DNA of 64,000 nucleotides from the human T2T-CHM13v2.0 reference genome, Homo sapiens: the NCBI RefSeq assembly GCF_009914755.1, contig NC_060926.1; one strand, given 5' to 3'. Positions 43,354 to 56,450 of this stretch are shown in pieces; position 1 is the stretch's first letter; every line of letters begins with the position of its first letter. Below the pieces are notes generated by a model. The model was not told where the DNA came from. It searched no databases and saw only the letters and a program-made list of their open reading frames with translations. A program made the translations under genes and the position numbers.

Positions 43354-46300
43354 GATATTAAACAGGAATATACTATTCACATCATATGAAATTCCCCCAT
43401 TCAACCCAGCCAGTTACAAATGCTTGCTAAGTGGTAGCTCTGCAAATACTCGACTGAGGAGATATAATTCTGAGCTCTTTTCTTGTCAATGTGGGTTAGC
43501 TTATTTTAGCCTTGTTCACCGAAGGTATGAAGAATGCCAGTTTATTTTCATATTCAGCCTAAATCAATGCTCTCTACAACCCAGCCTAAACCAATATTCT
43601 ACTCTCATTCAACTTCCCTAAATTTCCTAAACAAGCCACATCACACATTGATTAAAAGTTTTTTTGACACACTGAATACCTTATAATTGTCATTTAGCTT
43701 CATTCAACAGCATTTATTGGATACCTTTTATTTGTTGGGAACATAAAACAACCAAAAATTTCACTCTCTATGGAGCTTGCCTTCTGTGGCGATTGAGGGG
43801 AAACGGATGAAAATTAAATACAATAAATTAGTAGTATGTTAGAAGGCCATAAAATAGGAAAAGTGAAGTTTTAAAAAAATGAAACATGCTATAGCAGTTG
43901 CTGAGCTAGGTGAGGGATGGGCTGTTGAAATTTTAAACAGGAAGTCAGCAGAGCCTTTGCAAGAAGGCAATATCTGGACAAAAATCTTGGTGTAGAGGAA
44001 GCTGTTCATGTGGATAGCTGGAAGGAGAGCGTTTGGTGACATGACTATGGAAAGAGGCTTCTGAAAATAAAAACAACCTCTTTTGGCATCACTTGTTCAG
44101 ATTTTGATTGGGTTCCCAGTTTTACATCCAAATTATTAGGATTTCTATGATCGATGAGAAATCTGGGATTTGGGAGATGGAAAAGATTTAGGGACCAACT
44201 CCAAGGACAGAGAGGATTCAGAGGTCTCAAGGAAACAGCAGCAGCCAAGTGAGACCAGAGAGCAGTCCTTGCAAGGAAGCCAGGGTTACTGAGCAAAGGA
44301 GCGGGGGCAGAGACAGCCAACTAAGATGCTTCATTTTTGTTTTTGAAGGTTCTTATAAATATTTAGCAAAGTGACTGGGAATCTAATCTAGGATCAGAAA
44401 TATGAAAAATTATGAGCATCTGGACATTATAATACCCTGAAGAAGTGGATCCTCTGTGATCATCAATAAGTGAGAAAAACATCAGAGGCTCGGAGTCAAG
44501 CTGGGTCCTGTTCAGATGGCGGCTGGGAGTCTGGACAGGTTTGCCATGCACAACAGAAAGAATCCATACTCTCCAACCCTCCAGCTTTTCGTTTCCACTG
44601 TATCCATTTACCTAGTATCTCCTTTCCTCTCATCATCATCCTTACTGGTCTGCTGTAAATCTGTCCCCTTCCGAAACCTAATTCTATCAACATTTCTCAC
44701 CCACTTAAAAAATGCCAGTAGCTCCAAATTGCTCTCTGAATTTAGCATAAACTTCTTAATATTGCATTCAACTGCTTCCATAATCTAGCACCCATTGACA
44801 ATGTCCACATTATCACAATTGACATTCTAGGCATTTTACTCTCCAGTCATACACATGATGGGTTTCCAAACTATGCCTCACTTCTCACCAATCCATGACT
44901 TTGCTCCTCACGCTTTTGCTGTCTATCAAAGTACTTCGCTACTTCAAAGCCCAGTGAAAATGTGATTTCTTCTGGGATGTAATTTCTCATCTTCTCAGAC
45001 AAAATCATCTCTAACCTCAGGATGTTTTTATCTCTGTTATGACTGCACATTGCCATTATAAGTTCCCTCAAGGCAGGGACCTATTTTACTCATTTTTATA
45101 GCTTTCCAACATCTAGCACAATCGTTAGAGAGTGAACTGTAAGAGTTTTCTTAAATGAAGAAATGAAAGAATAAATGCCAATAACGGGTAGAATATTGCC
45201 TTCATTCTAAATCTGAAATCCAGAGTAATTTAAAAGTAATAAAGACAGCTCATTCTAATGATTATAATGTGACCAATTATTCAATCTTCGTTTTAATCTA
45301 AGTTAATTTATCTTTATTTTCAAAAAAATTAAATACACTATATTGAGTATGTGCTAATGACATTTACACTCTTGTAAATTCTTGTTTAGTTAAGCTGATA
45401 TTTGCACATCCACTGCCACTTTATAAATTTTTCCTGTCAGAAATGTTTTAACTTATTGCTATCTTTCATGTCTTAGCTTCTTATTTCTGTTGTGAATTAA
45501 AGGATATCTAGGAATTTAAAATAAAAGTGTACCTGATAAAATAGCAGCTTCGTTTTAAGACTAATTAAATAAAAAGATGGATAAAAACAGCCAATTAGCA
45601 GACATTTAACATACTTGCTCAATTATTTATCTCCAATATTAGCAACCCTCCACTTTCTATTGTAGATGTTGTCATTAGTAATATGTTTCTAAGATGCAGA
45701 TATTACAGCTCAACAAATTAAATAATTTGCCAAAGGTCACGCAGCTTCTAAGAGACAGAAAAACGACTTCTAGTCAGTAGATTGACTCTGGAGTCTCTAA
45801 TTTTTTCTCACTTCTTGATCACAGAGGATCCACTTTATCAGGGAATTATGATGTCCAGATGCTCAGGATTGTCCACGTTTCCTATCTAGATGAGTTTCCC
45901 AAGGTTACTTTGCTAACTATTTACAAAAGCTTTCACAGACAAAACTTGAATCAAGGATTATTGAAAGCACTTTTCAATGGGTGCCAGTGGTGTAATGGCC
46001 AGTTATTAATGATTTCTAAATTAGCTGTGAGATTGCCTTAAATCCCAAAGATAGTTATCATTAGTGATTTACTTGTAATGAAATCTAGTATAATGCAACG
46101 GAATTCTATTAAGTGGCATTCACTTAATAGATTGATTTATTTTGGATAAAATAAATTTAAGATATTCTGTTCATTTCACTGATAAAGTATACCTAGAATG
46201 TAGAGCTGGAAAGTACTTGAAATATCATGTCATCAAGGTCCTTGTTTGGTGGATGAAAGCAGAGGCTCAAGAGGATAAATGACCTGTCCAAGGTCAACAT

Positions 46301-46577
46301 GCTTGCCATTCTGCGGCTGGGCCCAGAGCCAGCCATCTTCCCTCTATGACACTTGGCTCATTTTCCCCCCAAAGTCCTGCCAGAAACAAGTAAATTATCG
46401 AAAACTAGTTTAATTCCTAGTGGTGATAGTTACTTCCCTTAATAACCTAATTAACTGTGTTGCCAATTCATGTCGGTTTACAAATCTTATGCAAGCTGAA
46501 ATTCTTATACAAGTTGCCTGCCTGCATCTAATTTTTGAGATTTGTTTTCTGTCTTTTTCTTTAAAGACAGAAGAAGA

Positions 46578-46870
46578 GGCCAGGTGTGGTGGCTCACGCC
46601 TGTCATCCCAGCACTTTGGGAGGCTGAGGCGGGCAGATCACCTGAGGTCGGGAGTTTGAGATCAGCCTGACCAACATGGAGAAAGCCCATCTCTGGTAAA
46701 AATACAAAATTAGCCGGGTGTGATGGCGCATGCCTGTAATCCCAGCTACTCGGGGGGCTGAGGCAGGAGAATCACTTGAACCCAGGAGGTGAAGGTTGTG
46801 GTGAGCCGACATCACACCACTGCACAGCCTGGGCAACAAGAGAAAAAATCTGTCAAAAAAAAAAAAAAAG
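46578..46870 (+). mobile_element. AluSp
   Basis: Sp diagnostics gaggtcgggag, tgaccaacatggagaaa, gggcaacaagag; TSD agaagaaga. Confidence 0.93.
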
Positions 46871-47169
46871 AAGAAGAAGAAATGGGTTCAAACTATGCGT
46901 TATTTATAGTCATTACTTTTACTCCTCTACGCATGAATTACTAAGCCTATTTTTTCCTCGATACCTTCTTTACCTTGACATATTTTTAAAATGTATACTT
47001 TCTTTTCCTTTTGTTGTTATAAATAGTAGTTAATGTTATGCTTCCATTTTGTGGCTTTAAAATTTTTCTCCATAAAAACTAAATATTCGGTACTGATCTC
47101 TAATGTGTCCTTTCTCAGTTTAAATTGTTATTTATTATACCTTGAATGATATAATGCTCAAGTGGATGG

Positions 47170-47390
47170 GCTCTGAGGACAAACATCCCAAGTTTCTCTC
47201 CTGGATTCAAAGGTGCTAGCTATCTTAGAGAACTTAATGAGTTATTTGTGTTTCATTTCTCTCACACTTGAAATGGAAAGAGTATTTATAAAGTTTTGGT
47301 AAGGGTTAATGAGAAATTCATATAGAGTGATAGACGTAATGCCTAGTATTGTGTAAGAACTGAGTAATTTAATGTGTAATAATAGTAGTT
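47170..47390 (+). mobile_element. MIR relic
   Basis: gttatttgtgtttcatttctctcacacttgaaatgg core-like sequence, ending in a taatag tail. Confidence 0.5.
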
Positions 47391-47559
47391 AAAGTAATTC
47401 AAATTATTGACTTTGACTTTTTTCTAAAAGTATCACTATGAGTATTTTATTTTTTTAGAGAAAAACTATTTAATTATGGGTGAAAAATAAGAATTGGAGG
47501 GCATTTCTGGTTACTACTAGAAGAAATTAATAAAGTACCTATAAATATAGAGGAAATGG

Positions 47560-49190
<1,631 letters not shown>

Positions 49191-49259
49191 GATGTGATAG
49201 TTCATGTTAACACTCGCTGATGAGGTATTGGCAATAGCAAGGGAGGGTGAAGGACTACC

Positions 49260-49721
49260 TTTCATGCGTGTCCGTGTGAAGAGACCACCAAACAGGCTTT
49301 GTGTGAGCAACATGGCTGTTTATTTCACCTGGGTGCAGGTGGGCTGAGTCTGAAAAGAGAGGCAGCAAAGGGTGGTGGATTATCATTAGTTCTTATAGGT
49401 TTTGGGGTAGGCGGTGAAGTTAAGAGCAATGTTTTGCAGGCAGGGGTGGATCTCACAAAGTACATTCTCAAGGGTGGGAAGAATTACAAAGAACCTTCTT
49501 AAGGGTGGGGGAAATTATAAAGAACCTTCTTAAGGGTGGCGGAGATTACAAAGTACATTGATCAGTGAGGGTGGGGCAGAAACAAATCACAATGGTGGAA
49601 TGTCATCAGCTAAGGTTATTTTTACTTCTTTTGTGGATCTTCAGTTACTTCAGGCCATCTGGATGTATACATGCAAGTCACAGGGGATGTGATGGCTTGG
49701 CTTGGGCTCAGAGGCCTGACA
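49260..49721 (-). mobile_element. 3' LTR (LTR7B / type II), AATAAA at 49319-49324
   Basis: Minus strand TGTCAGGCCTCTGAGCCCAAG...GCATGAAA; three ~31-bp type II repeats; PPT AAGAAGGCACGAA adjacent. Confidence 0.93.
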
Positions 49722-49949
49722 TTCGTGCCTTCTTATATTAATAAGAAAAATAAAACAAAATAGTGTTGACGTCTTGGGGTGGCGAAAATTTTTGGGGGTG
49801 GTATGGAGAGAGAATGGATGATGTTTCTCAGGGCTGCTTCAAGCGGGATTAGGGGCGGCGTGGGAACCTAGAGTGGGAGAGATTAAGCTGAAGGAAGATT
49901 TTGTGGTAAGGGTTGATATTGTGGGGTTTTTAGAAGAAACATTTGTCAT

Positions 49950-52700
49950 TTAGAATTATTGGTGTTGGCCTGGATATGGTTTTGTATGAATTGAAAAACT
50001 AAATGGAATAAGAGAAGGAGAAAAACAGGTATAAAAGGTCTAAGAATTGGGAGGACCTAGGACATCTGATAAGAGAGTGCCTAAGGAGATTCAGCATAGT
50101 CCTGCCAGCAAAGATTATTTATTTACCTCAAGAGTTAAGAGTGGCAGTTTGGGGATAGCATGAGGAGATATCAGCTGTGATGGCTTGGGAAAACAGTGTA
50201 AACCGGCAGTGTAAACAAGAGCAGGGCATGTATGAGTAGTTGAGAACAGAGAATAGGAGTATGACTAGACAGAAAATAGTAAGGATGACAAGTTTTTTTG
50301 GGGGGCACAGTCTAAGTTGGTCTGGTGTCTGAAATGAGACTGGGGCCTAATAAAAAGAAGCTCAAATGGGCTGTACCTGTAGCATTCTGAGGACAGGTCT
50401 GACTTCTGAGAAGGGAAAGTGGTAAAAGTATTGTCCAGTCCTTTTTAAGTTGGTGGCTGAGCTTGGTGAGGTGTGTTTTTAAAAGACCTTTAGTCCGTTC
50501 TACTTTTCCTGAAGACGGAGGACTGTAAGGGATATAAAGGTTTCACTGAATACTAAGAGCCTGAAAAACTGCTTGGCTGATTTGACTAATAAAGGCTGGT
50601 CTGTTATCAGACTGTATAGAGGTGGGAAGGCTAAACTGAGGAATTATGTCGGACAGGAGGGAAGAAATGACTGTGGTGGCCTTCTCAGACCCTGTAGGAA
50701 AGGACTTTTCCTTTCCTACAGGAAATTATGCTGAGATAGGTAATAGATGAGGATGAATTTGGGCTTGACTGAAGTAGTGGGGGCTGTCTGTGAAGTGCGG
50801 CGGTACAGCCAAGGTAATTTGCTGAGCCTAATGGGTGTCAGGGTCAGTCCAAGTGAAAGCAAAGAGAGGCTGGGAGGAAGGGTGCAAAGGAATAGTAAAG
50901 AAAGCACGTTTGAGATCTAGAACAGAATAATGGGTAGTAGAGGGAGGTATCCAGTGAAAGTGTCTACCTAGACTAAGAGGTATTTTAGTTATCTGACTCG
51001 GGGCAATTTGCCAGTCCTGGGTGGGGGCAAATCCTCAAGCTTGATGTGTAGGGAAGGGAGGGGGCCTGAATAATCCCTGAGGAGTAGTAGAATAACAGAT
51101 GGAACACTGAGAAGTTATTTCCTTGAGGGTAGATTTCCACGATGGAAAGGAAATGAGAAGTTCTAAGAGGCAGGCTAGTGGCTTGTACTATAGCATAGCC
51201 TGCCTTTGCTGGTGTGTGGCGATTAGGCCCGGTGGAACTGCCATCAATAAATCAAGCGTGATCAGAGTGAGGAACAGGAAAGAAGGAAATATGGGGAAAT
51301 GGGGTGAATGTCAGGTGGATCAGAGAGATACAGTCATGGGGGTCAGGTGTGGTATCAGGAATAATGTGGGAGGCCAGATTGAAGTCTGGGCCAGGAACGA
51401 TGGTAATTGTGGGACTTAACAAAAATTGAGCACAGCTGAAGGAGCCGGGGAGCAGAAAGTATATGCATCAGGTATGAGGAAGAAAATAGATTTTGGAAGT
51501 TATGAGAAATGTAGAGAGAGTTGAGCATTGTTTGTGATTTTTAGGGCCTCTAAAAGTATTAAAACAGTGGCAGCCACTGCACGCAGACCTGAGGGCTAGG
51601 CTAAAACACTAAGGTCAAGTTGTTTGGACAGAAAGGCTACAGAGTGCCGTCCTGGCTCTTGTGTAAGAATTCTGACCGCACTAACCATGCCTAGGAAGGA
51701 AAGGAGTTGTTGTTTTGCAGAAGGTGCTGGGGTTTGAGAGATCAGTCAGACACGATTGGCAGGGAGAGCACATGTGTTTTTATGAGAATTATGCCGAGAT
51801 AGGTAATAGATGAGGATGAAATTTGGGCTTGACTGAAGTAATGGGGGCTGTCTGTGAAGCCTTGCAGCAGTACAGCCCAGGTGATTTGCTGAGCCTAATG
51901 GGTGTCAGGGTCAGTCCAAGTGAAAGCCAAGAGAGGCTGGGATTAAGGGTGCAAAGGAATAGTAAAGAAAGCATGTTTGAGATGTAGAACAGAATAATGG
52001 GTAGTAGAGGGAGGTATTGAGGATAGGAGAGTATATGGGTTTGGCACCATGGGGTGGATAGGCAAAACAATTTGGTTGATAAGGTGCAGATCCTGAACTA
52101 ACTTGTAAGCTTTGTCTGGTTTTAGGACAGGTAAAATGGGGGAATGGTAAGGAGAGTTTATAGCCTTTAAAAGGCCATGTTGTAGCAGGCGAGTGATAAC
52201 AGGCTTTAATCTTTTTAAAGTGTGCTGTGGGATGGGATATTGGCATTGAGCAGGGTAAGGGTGATTAGGTTTTAATGGGATGGTAATGGGCATGTGATCG
52301 GTTGCCAGGGAAGGAGTAGAGATGTCCTATACTTGTGGGTTAAGTTGGGGGGATACGAGAGGAAGACGCAAAGGAGGCTTTGGGTTGGGGAGAAGGGTGG
52401 CAATGAGATGTGGCTGTAGCCCAGGAATAGTCAGGGAAGCAGATAATTTAGTTAAAGTGTCTCAGCCTAATAAGGGAACTGGGCAGGTGGGGATAATTAA
52501 AAAGGAGTGCTTAAAAGAGTATTTTCTAAGTTGGCACCAGAGTTGAGGAGTTTTAAGAGGTTTAGAAGCCTGGCCGTCAATACCTACAGCAGTTATGGAG
52601 GCAAGGGAAACAGGCCTTTGAAAAGAAGGTAATGTGGAGTGGGTAGCCTCCGTATTAAGAAGGGGAAGGGCTTACCTTCCACTGTGAGAGTTACCTGAAG
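49950..52700 (-). pseudogene. pol: HERV-H pro-pol remnants (protease, RT, RNase H, integrase), disrupted
   Basis: ORF 51943-52293 has RT motifs SPILPVLKP, LVQDLHLIN, YSVLHLKHAFF; protease-like LNTEATHS and AVGIDG near 52570-52660; stops and deletions present. Confidence 0.9.
50724..50950 (-). repeat. Ectopic direct duplicate of 51787-52017 (RT motif-A region)
   Basis: Manual alignment gives about 11 substitutions and 2 indels over ~230 bp. Confidence 0.95.
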
Positions 52701-53850
52701 CTTGGCGTCCATGATGGTTTAGGGGGCTTCCAAGGCAATCGGGCAGTGTCAGTCTTCAGCCGCTAAGCTGAGAAGATCTGGGAAGGAGTCAGAGAGCCTT
52801 GGGCCAGAGTTCCAGGGGCTCTGGGAGTGGCTGCCAGGTGAGTTAAAGAGTCCGATTTTCAGTGGGGTCCTACACAGATGGGACGTGGCTTAGGAGGAAT
52901 CCCAGGCTGCAGGCATTCCTTGGCCCAATGGCCAGATTTGCAGCATGTGTAGCAAGCTCCTGGGGAAGGAGGTTCTTGCTGGAGATGTGGCTGGGGTCTG
53001 TCTCACAGTGGAGGTGAGGAATTGCAACTTTTTTCTATTATTGTACACCTTGAAGGTGAGGTTAATTAAGTCCTCTTGTGGGGTTTGAGGGCCAGATTCT
53101 AATTTTTGGAGTTTTATTTAATGTCGGGAGCAGATTGGGTAATAAAATGTATATTGAGAATAAGACGGCCTTTTGACCTTTTAGGGTCTAGGGCTGTAAA
53201 GCATCTCTGGGTTGCTGCCAAAAGAGCCATGAACAACTGGATGTTTATATTTGATGAAAAAGAGCCTAAACGCTATCTGATTTGGGATAAAGAAAAAGGA
53301 GCATTAACCTTGACTATGCCTTTAGCTCCAGCCACCTTTTTAAGAATAAATTGCTGGGCAGGTGGGGGAGGGCTAGTCACAGAATGAAACTGTAAGCCGG
53401 ACCAGGTGTAAGGAGGGGAGGTGATAAAAGGATTATAGGGTGGAGGAGCAGAGGCTGAGGAAGAATTGGGACCTAGCTCAGCCTGGTGAGGAGGGGAGAG
53501 GTCAGATGGGTCTGTAGAAAAGAATGATTAGAAAGACTCAGCAACGCTTGGGGTTGGGACCGAGGGGACAGGCAGGAGGGAAAGAAGGAAGATTTGGGAA
53601 GAGTTGCATTGGGCACAGAGACTAGGAAGGGACTGATGTGTAAAAGAATGTCTGGACATCAGGCACCTCAGACTGTTTGCCTACTTTATGACAATAATTC
53701 TTTAGATCTTGCAGGATGGAAAAATTCAAAGTGCTGTTTTCTGGCTATTTGGAACTACTGTGGAGTTTGTATTGGGGTCAAGCGGCATTGCAGAAGAAAA
53801 TAAGGTGTTTAGGTTTTAGGTCAGGTATGAGTTGAAGAGGTTTTAAGTTC
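52700..53850 (-). pseudogene. gag: HERV-H gag remnant
   Basis: Lies between leader and protease; LKPKHLIFFCNAA at the end of ORF 53778-54251 is the typical gag MA-like start; zinc-knuckle-like C..C....H....C remnant near 52910-52955. Confidence 0.75.
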
Positions 53851-54564
53851 TTGAGAACATAGGCTAAGGGAGAAGAAGGAGGAATGGAGGGTGGAAGGTT
53901 GCCCATAGTGAAGGAGGCAAACCCGGAGAGAAGAGAGCATTGAGACATGGAAGGAAGGGGTTTGGGGGTTCTTACCCTCCAGAAAAGTGGGAAAGGGGTC
54001 AGGATGCAGAAATAAGGGATTGGGGCACAGAGATACGAGGTCGGGGTGCAGAAATAAGGGATTGGGGCACAGAGATAAGAGGTTGGGGTGTGGAAATAAG
54101 GGATTGGGGGTTCTTGCCCCCTAGAAAAGTGGGACTTGCCACTAAGGGTGAAGGAGAAGGGGTTGAGGGGTTCTTGCCCCTGCCCAAGAAAATCAGAGAA
54201 GGGGTAGAGACAAGGAGAGAAGGGGTTGGGGTACTTGCCCCTCCCCCACAAAAGCGGGACTTGCCGCTAAGGGTGAAGGACCAAGGCAGGCGTCCCTGCG
54301 TGGTCTGACACCTCTGAAATGTGGGTGAATAATCAGAGTGGCATCCCTGCAATGATTAAACACCAAGGGAAGGCTGCCTTCCCAGTCCGTGACCGGCGCC
54401 GGAGTTTTGGGTCCATGGATAAAACGTGTCTCCTTTGTCTCTACCAGAAAATGAAAGGAATTGAAATTAAGAGAAGGGAGAGATTGAAGAGTGGCACCAA
54501 GATTGAAAGGAGAAAGAGGTTGAGGGATAGTGAGGGAAGTTGGAGAAGAGAATAAAAAGAGGCC

Positions 54565-54573
54565 GCTTACCAG
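54565..54573 (-). promoter_or_regulatory. HERV-H major splice donor CTG|GTAAGC
   Basis: Reverse complement of gcttaccag, about 145 nt downstream of the 5' LTR, at the known position of the HERV-H donor. Confidence 0.85.
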
Positions 54574-54696
54574 ATTTGAAATTGGTGAGATGTTTCTTGG
54601 GCTGGTTGGTCTGAGGACCTGAGGTCATAGGTGAATCTTTCTCATGGAGCAAAGAGCAGGAGGACAGGGGATTGATCTCCCAAGGGAGGTACCCCG

Positions 54697-54714
54697 ATCC
54701 GAGTCATGGCACCA
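54697..54714 (-). promoter_or_regulatory. Primer binding site, tRNA-His
   Basis: TGGTGCCATGACTCGGAT versus TGGTGCCGTGACTCGGAT (one CpG transition). Confidence 0.95.
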
Positions 54715-54716
54715 AA

Positions 54717-55183
54717 TTTCATGCGTGTCCGTGTGAAGAGACCACCAAACAGGCTTTGTCTGAGAAACATGGCTGTTTATTTCACCTGGGTGCAGGCGGG
54801 CTGAGTCCGAAAAGAGAGTCAGCAAAGGGTGGTGGATTATCATTAGTTGTTATAGGTTTTGGGATAGGCGGTGAAGTTAAGAGCAATGTTTTGCGGGCAG
54901 GGGTGGATCTCACAAAGTACATTACATCCTCAAGGGTGGGGAGAATTACAAAGAACCTTCTTAAGGGTGGGGGAAATTATAAAGAACCTCCTTAAGAGTG
55001 GTGGAGATTACAAAGTACATTGATCAGTGAGGGTGGGGCAGAAACAAATCACAATGGTGGAATGTCATCAGTTAAGGTTATTTTTACTTCTTTTGTGGAT
55101 CTTCAGTTACTTCAGGCCATCTGGATGTATACATGCAAGTCACAGGGGATGTGATGGCTTGGCTTGGGCTCAGAGGCCTGACA
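54717..55183 (-). promoter_or_regulatory. 5' LTR (LTR7B) promoter, TATAA at 54850-54854
   Basis: Adjoins the PBS; minus strand CTTCACCGCCTATCCCAAAACCTATAA retains the GC-box-like element and TATA box. Confidence 0.9.
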
Positions 55184-56163
55184 CTACCTGCAGACAAAAA
55201 CTTGCTGTGGAACCAGGCAGGAAAAATTAGGAGGGTGTGCTTCCATACCTTCATAGGTCATGAGATGATGACAGAGCAGGCCTTCTTTAGGCTTCCCAGA
55301 ACCTCTACAGGGGAACGCTACTGAACTCTACTGACAGAGTTTTTGGCTGTTTATGTTCTGAAAGAAATGTCTAGATGTAGATTCTGAGATTAGGACAAGC
55401 AGTAGTTCTCAGCAACTACAGGCCCCAAACCCTGATGTAGAAATTTTAGAAGGGTAAAAATATAAAGAAAAATTTATATTTTAAAGTAGTAGGATAGGAG
55501 GAGAAGACAAAGAAAATTAATTTGTATCTTATTTCTCATGAAAGATAAGCACTTGGTATAAAGGTTGACATTTGAATTAATGTGTGCTACTGTGATGAGT
55601 GTGTGTTTGCTTCACCCAGTTTTATCTGAATGATACTTTACATAATAACTTGAGACCCACAGAATATAGAACTTCTCATATTTTCCTCTATGGCAAAAGC
55701 AGCTCCATTATTTTTCTTGTAAGGCTCTCACCTTTCCAAGATCTGCAGAACTATAACTGGCCAACCAGTGCCTTTTTTATTATATGGAAGTGTTTTCTTT
55801 ATTTCTAGATCTTGAAATAATTTCTTAAAGTAGCAGTGGTGTAGCTGATGAAGTTTTTGTTTTTTTGTTTTGTTTTGTTTTTCATTTTTAGACACTGTCC
55901 TCAACTGAGGCAATATAATACATTGACTAGGGCCTGTGATTTTATTATGGAATGTTTCCTGTGCTCACAGGAAGAGTAAATGTGATATTTTCAGGTTCTA
56001 TCTTTTCCAGCTTATGATACCCTTTAATATTAACAAAACATGGTAGTGCTTAGGTTTGGTTGATGAACTGAAATGATTTGTTTTCACTCTCATTATGAAA
56101 TATGACATAGTGATATGTGGTCATCAAGCTTAACCAGGTAGGAATATTTAACACCTTCAATTC

Positions 56164-56450
56164 TATAATGGTTAATTTTATGTGTCAACTTGACTGGTTT
56201 GAGAAATGCCCAGATAGCTAGTGAAACAACATGTCTAGGTGTGTCTGTGAGAGTGTTTTTGAAAGAGATTTGCATCTAAATAGGTAGACTGAATAAAGAA
56301 GACCATCCTCACCCACGCCTGGGGATCATTCAATCCCTGTAGGGACTAAATAGAAGACAAAGGTCAAGAGGGGGCAAGTTTCCTTTCTGTGTGTACAGGA
56401 GGACATCCATTTTCTCCTGTCCTCAGACACTGGAGCGTTCGGTTACCCGG
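56164..56450 (+). mobile_element. MLT2 (ERVL) LTR 5' half
   Basis: tataatggttaattttatgtgtcaacttgactgg..gtgtgtctgtgagagtgttt. Confidence 0.85.

Larger units (their letters stand above)
49260..55183 (-). mobile_element. HERV-H provirus, common deleted ~5.9-kb form, with two LTR7B-type LTRs
   Basis: Two ~97% identical LTRs, perfect TSD CTACC (49255-49259, 55184-55188), His PBS, PPT, and decayed gag-pro-pol. Confidence 0.97.

Noticed and set aside
49455-49560. Three ~31-bp repeats in each LTR
   Set aside because: Known type II repeats that define LTR7B.
49722-50100. HERV-H env gene
   Set aside because: Only a short remnant fits between integrase and the PPT; this is the common env-deleted form.
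53778-54352. Repetitive overlapping ORFs or a CRISPR-like array
   Set aside because: HERV-H leader tandem repeats without unique spacers; eukaryotic DNA with no cas genes.
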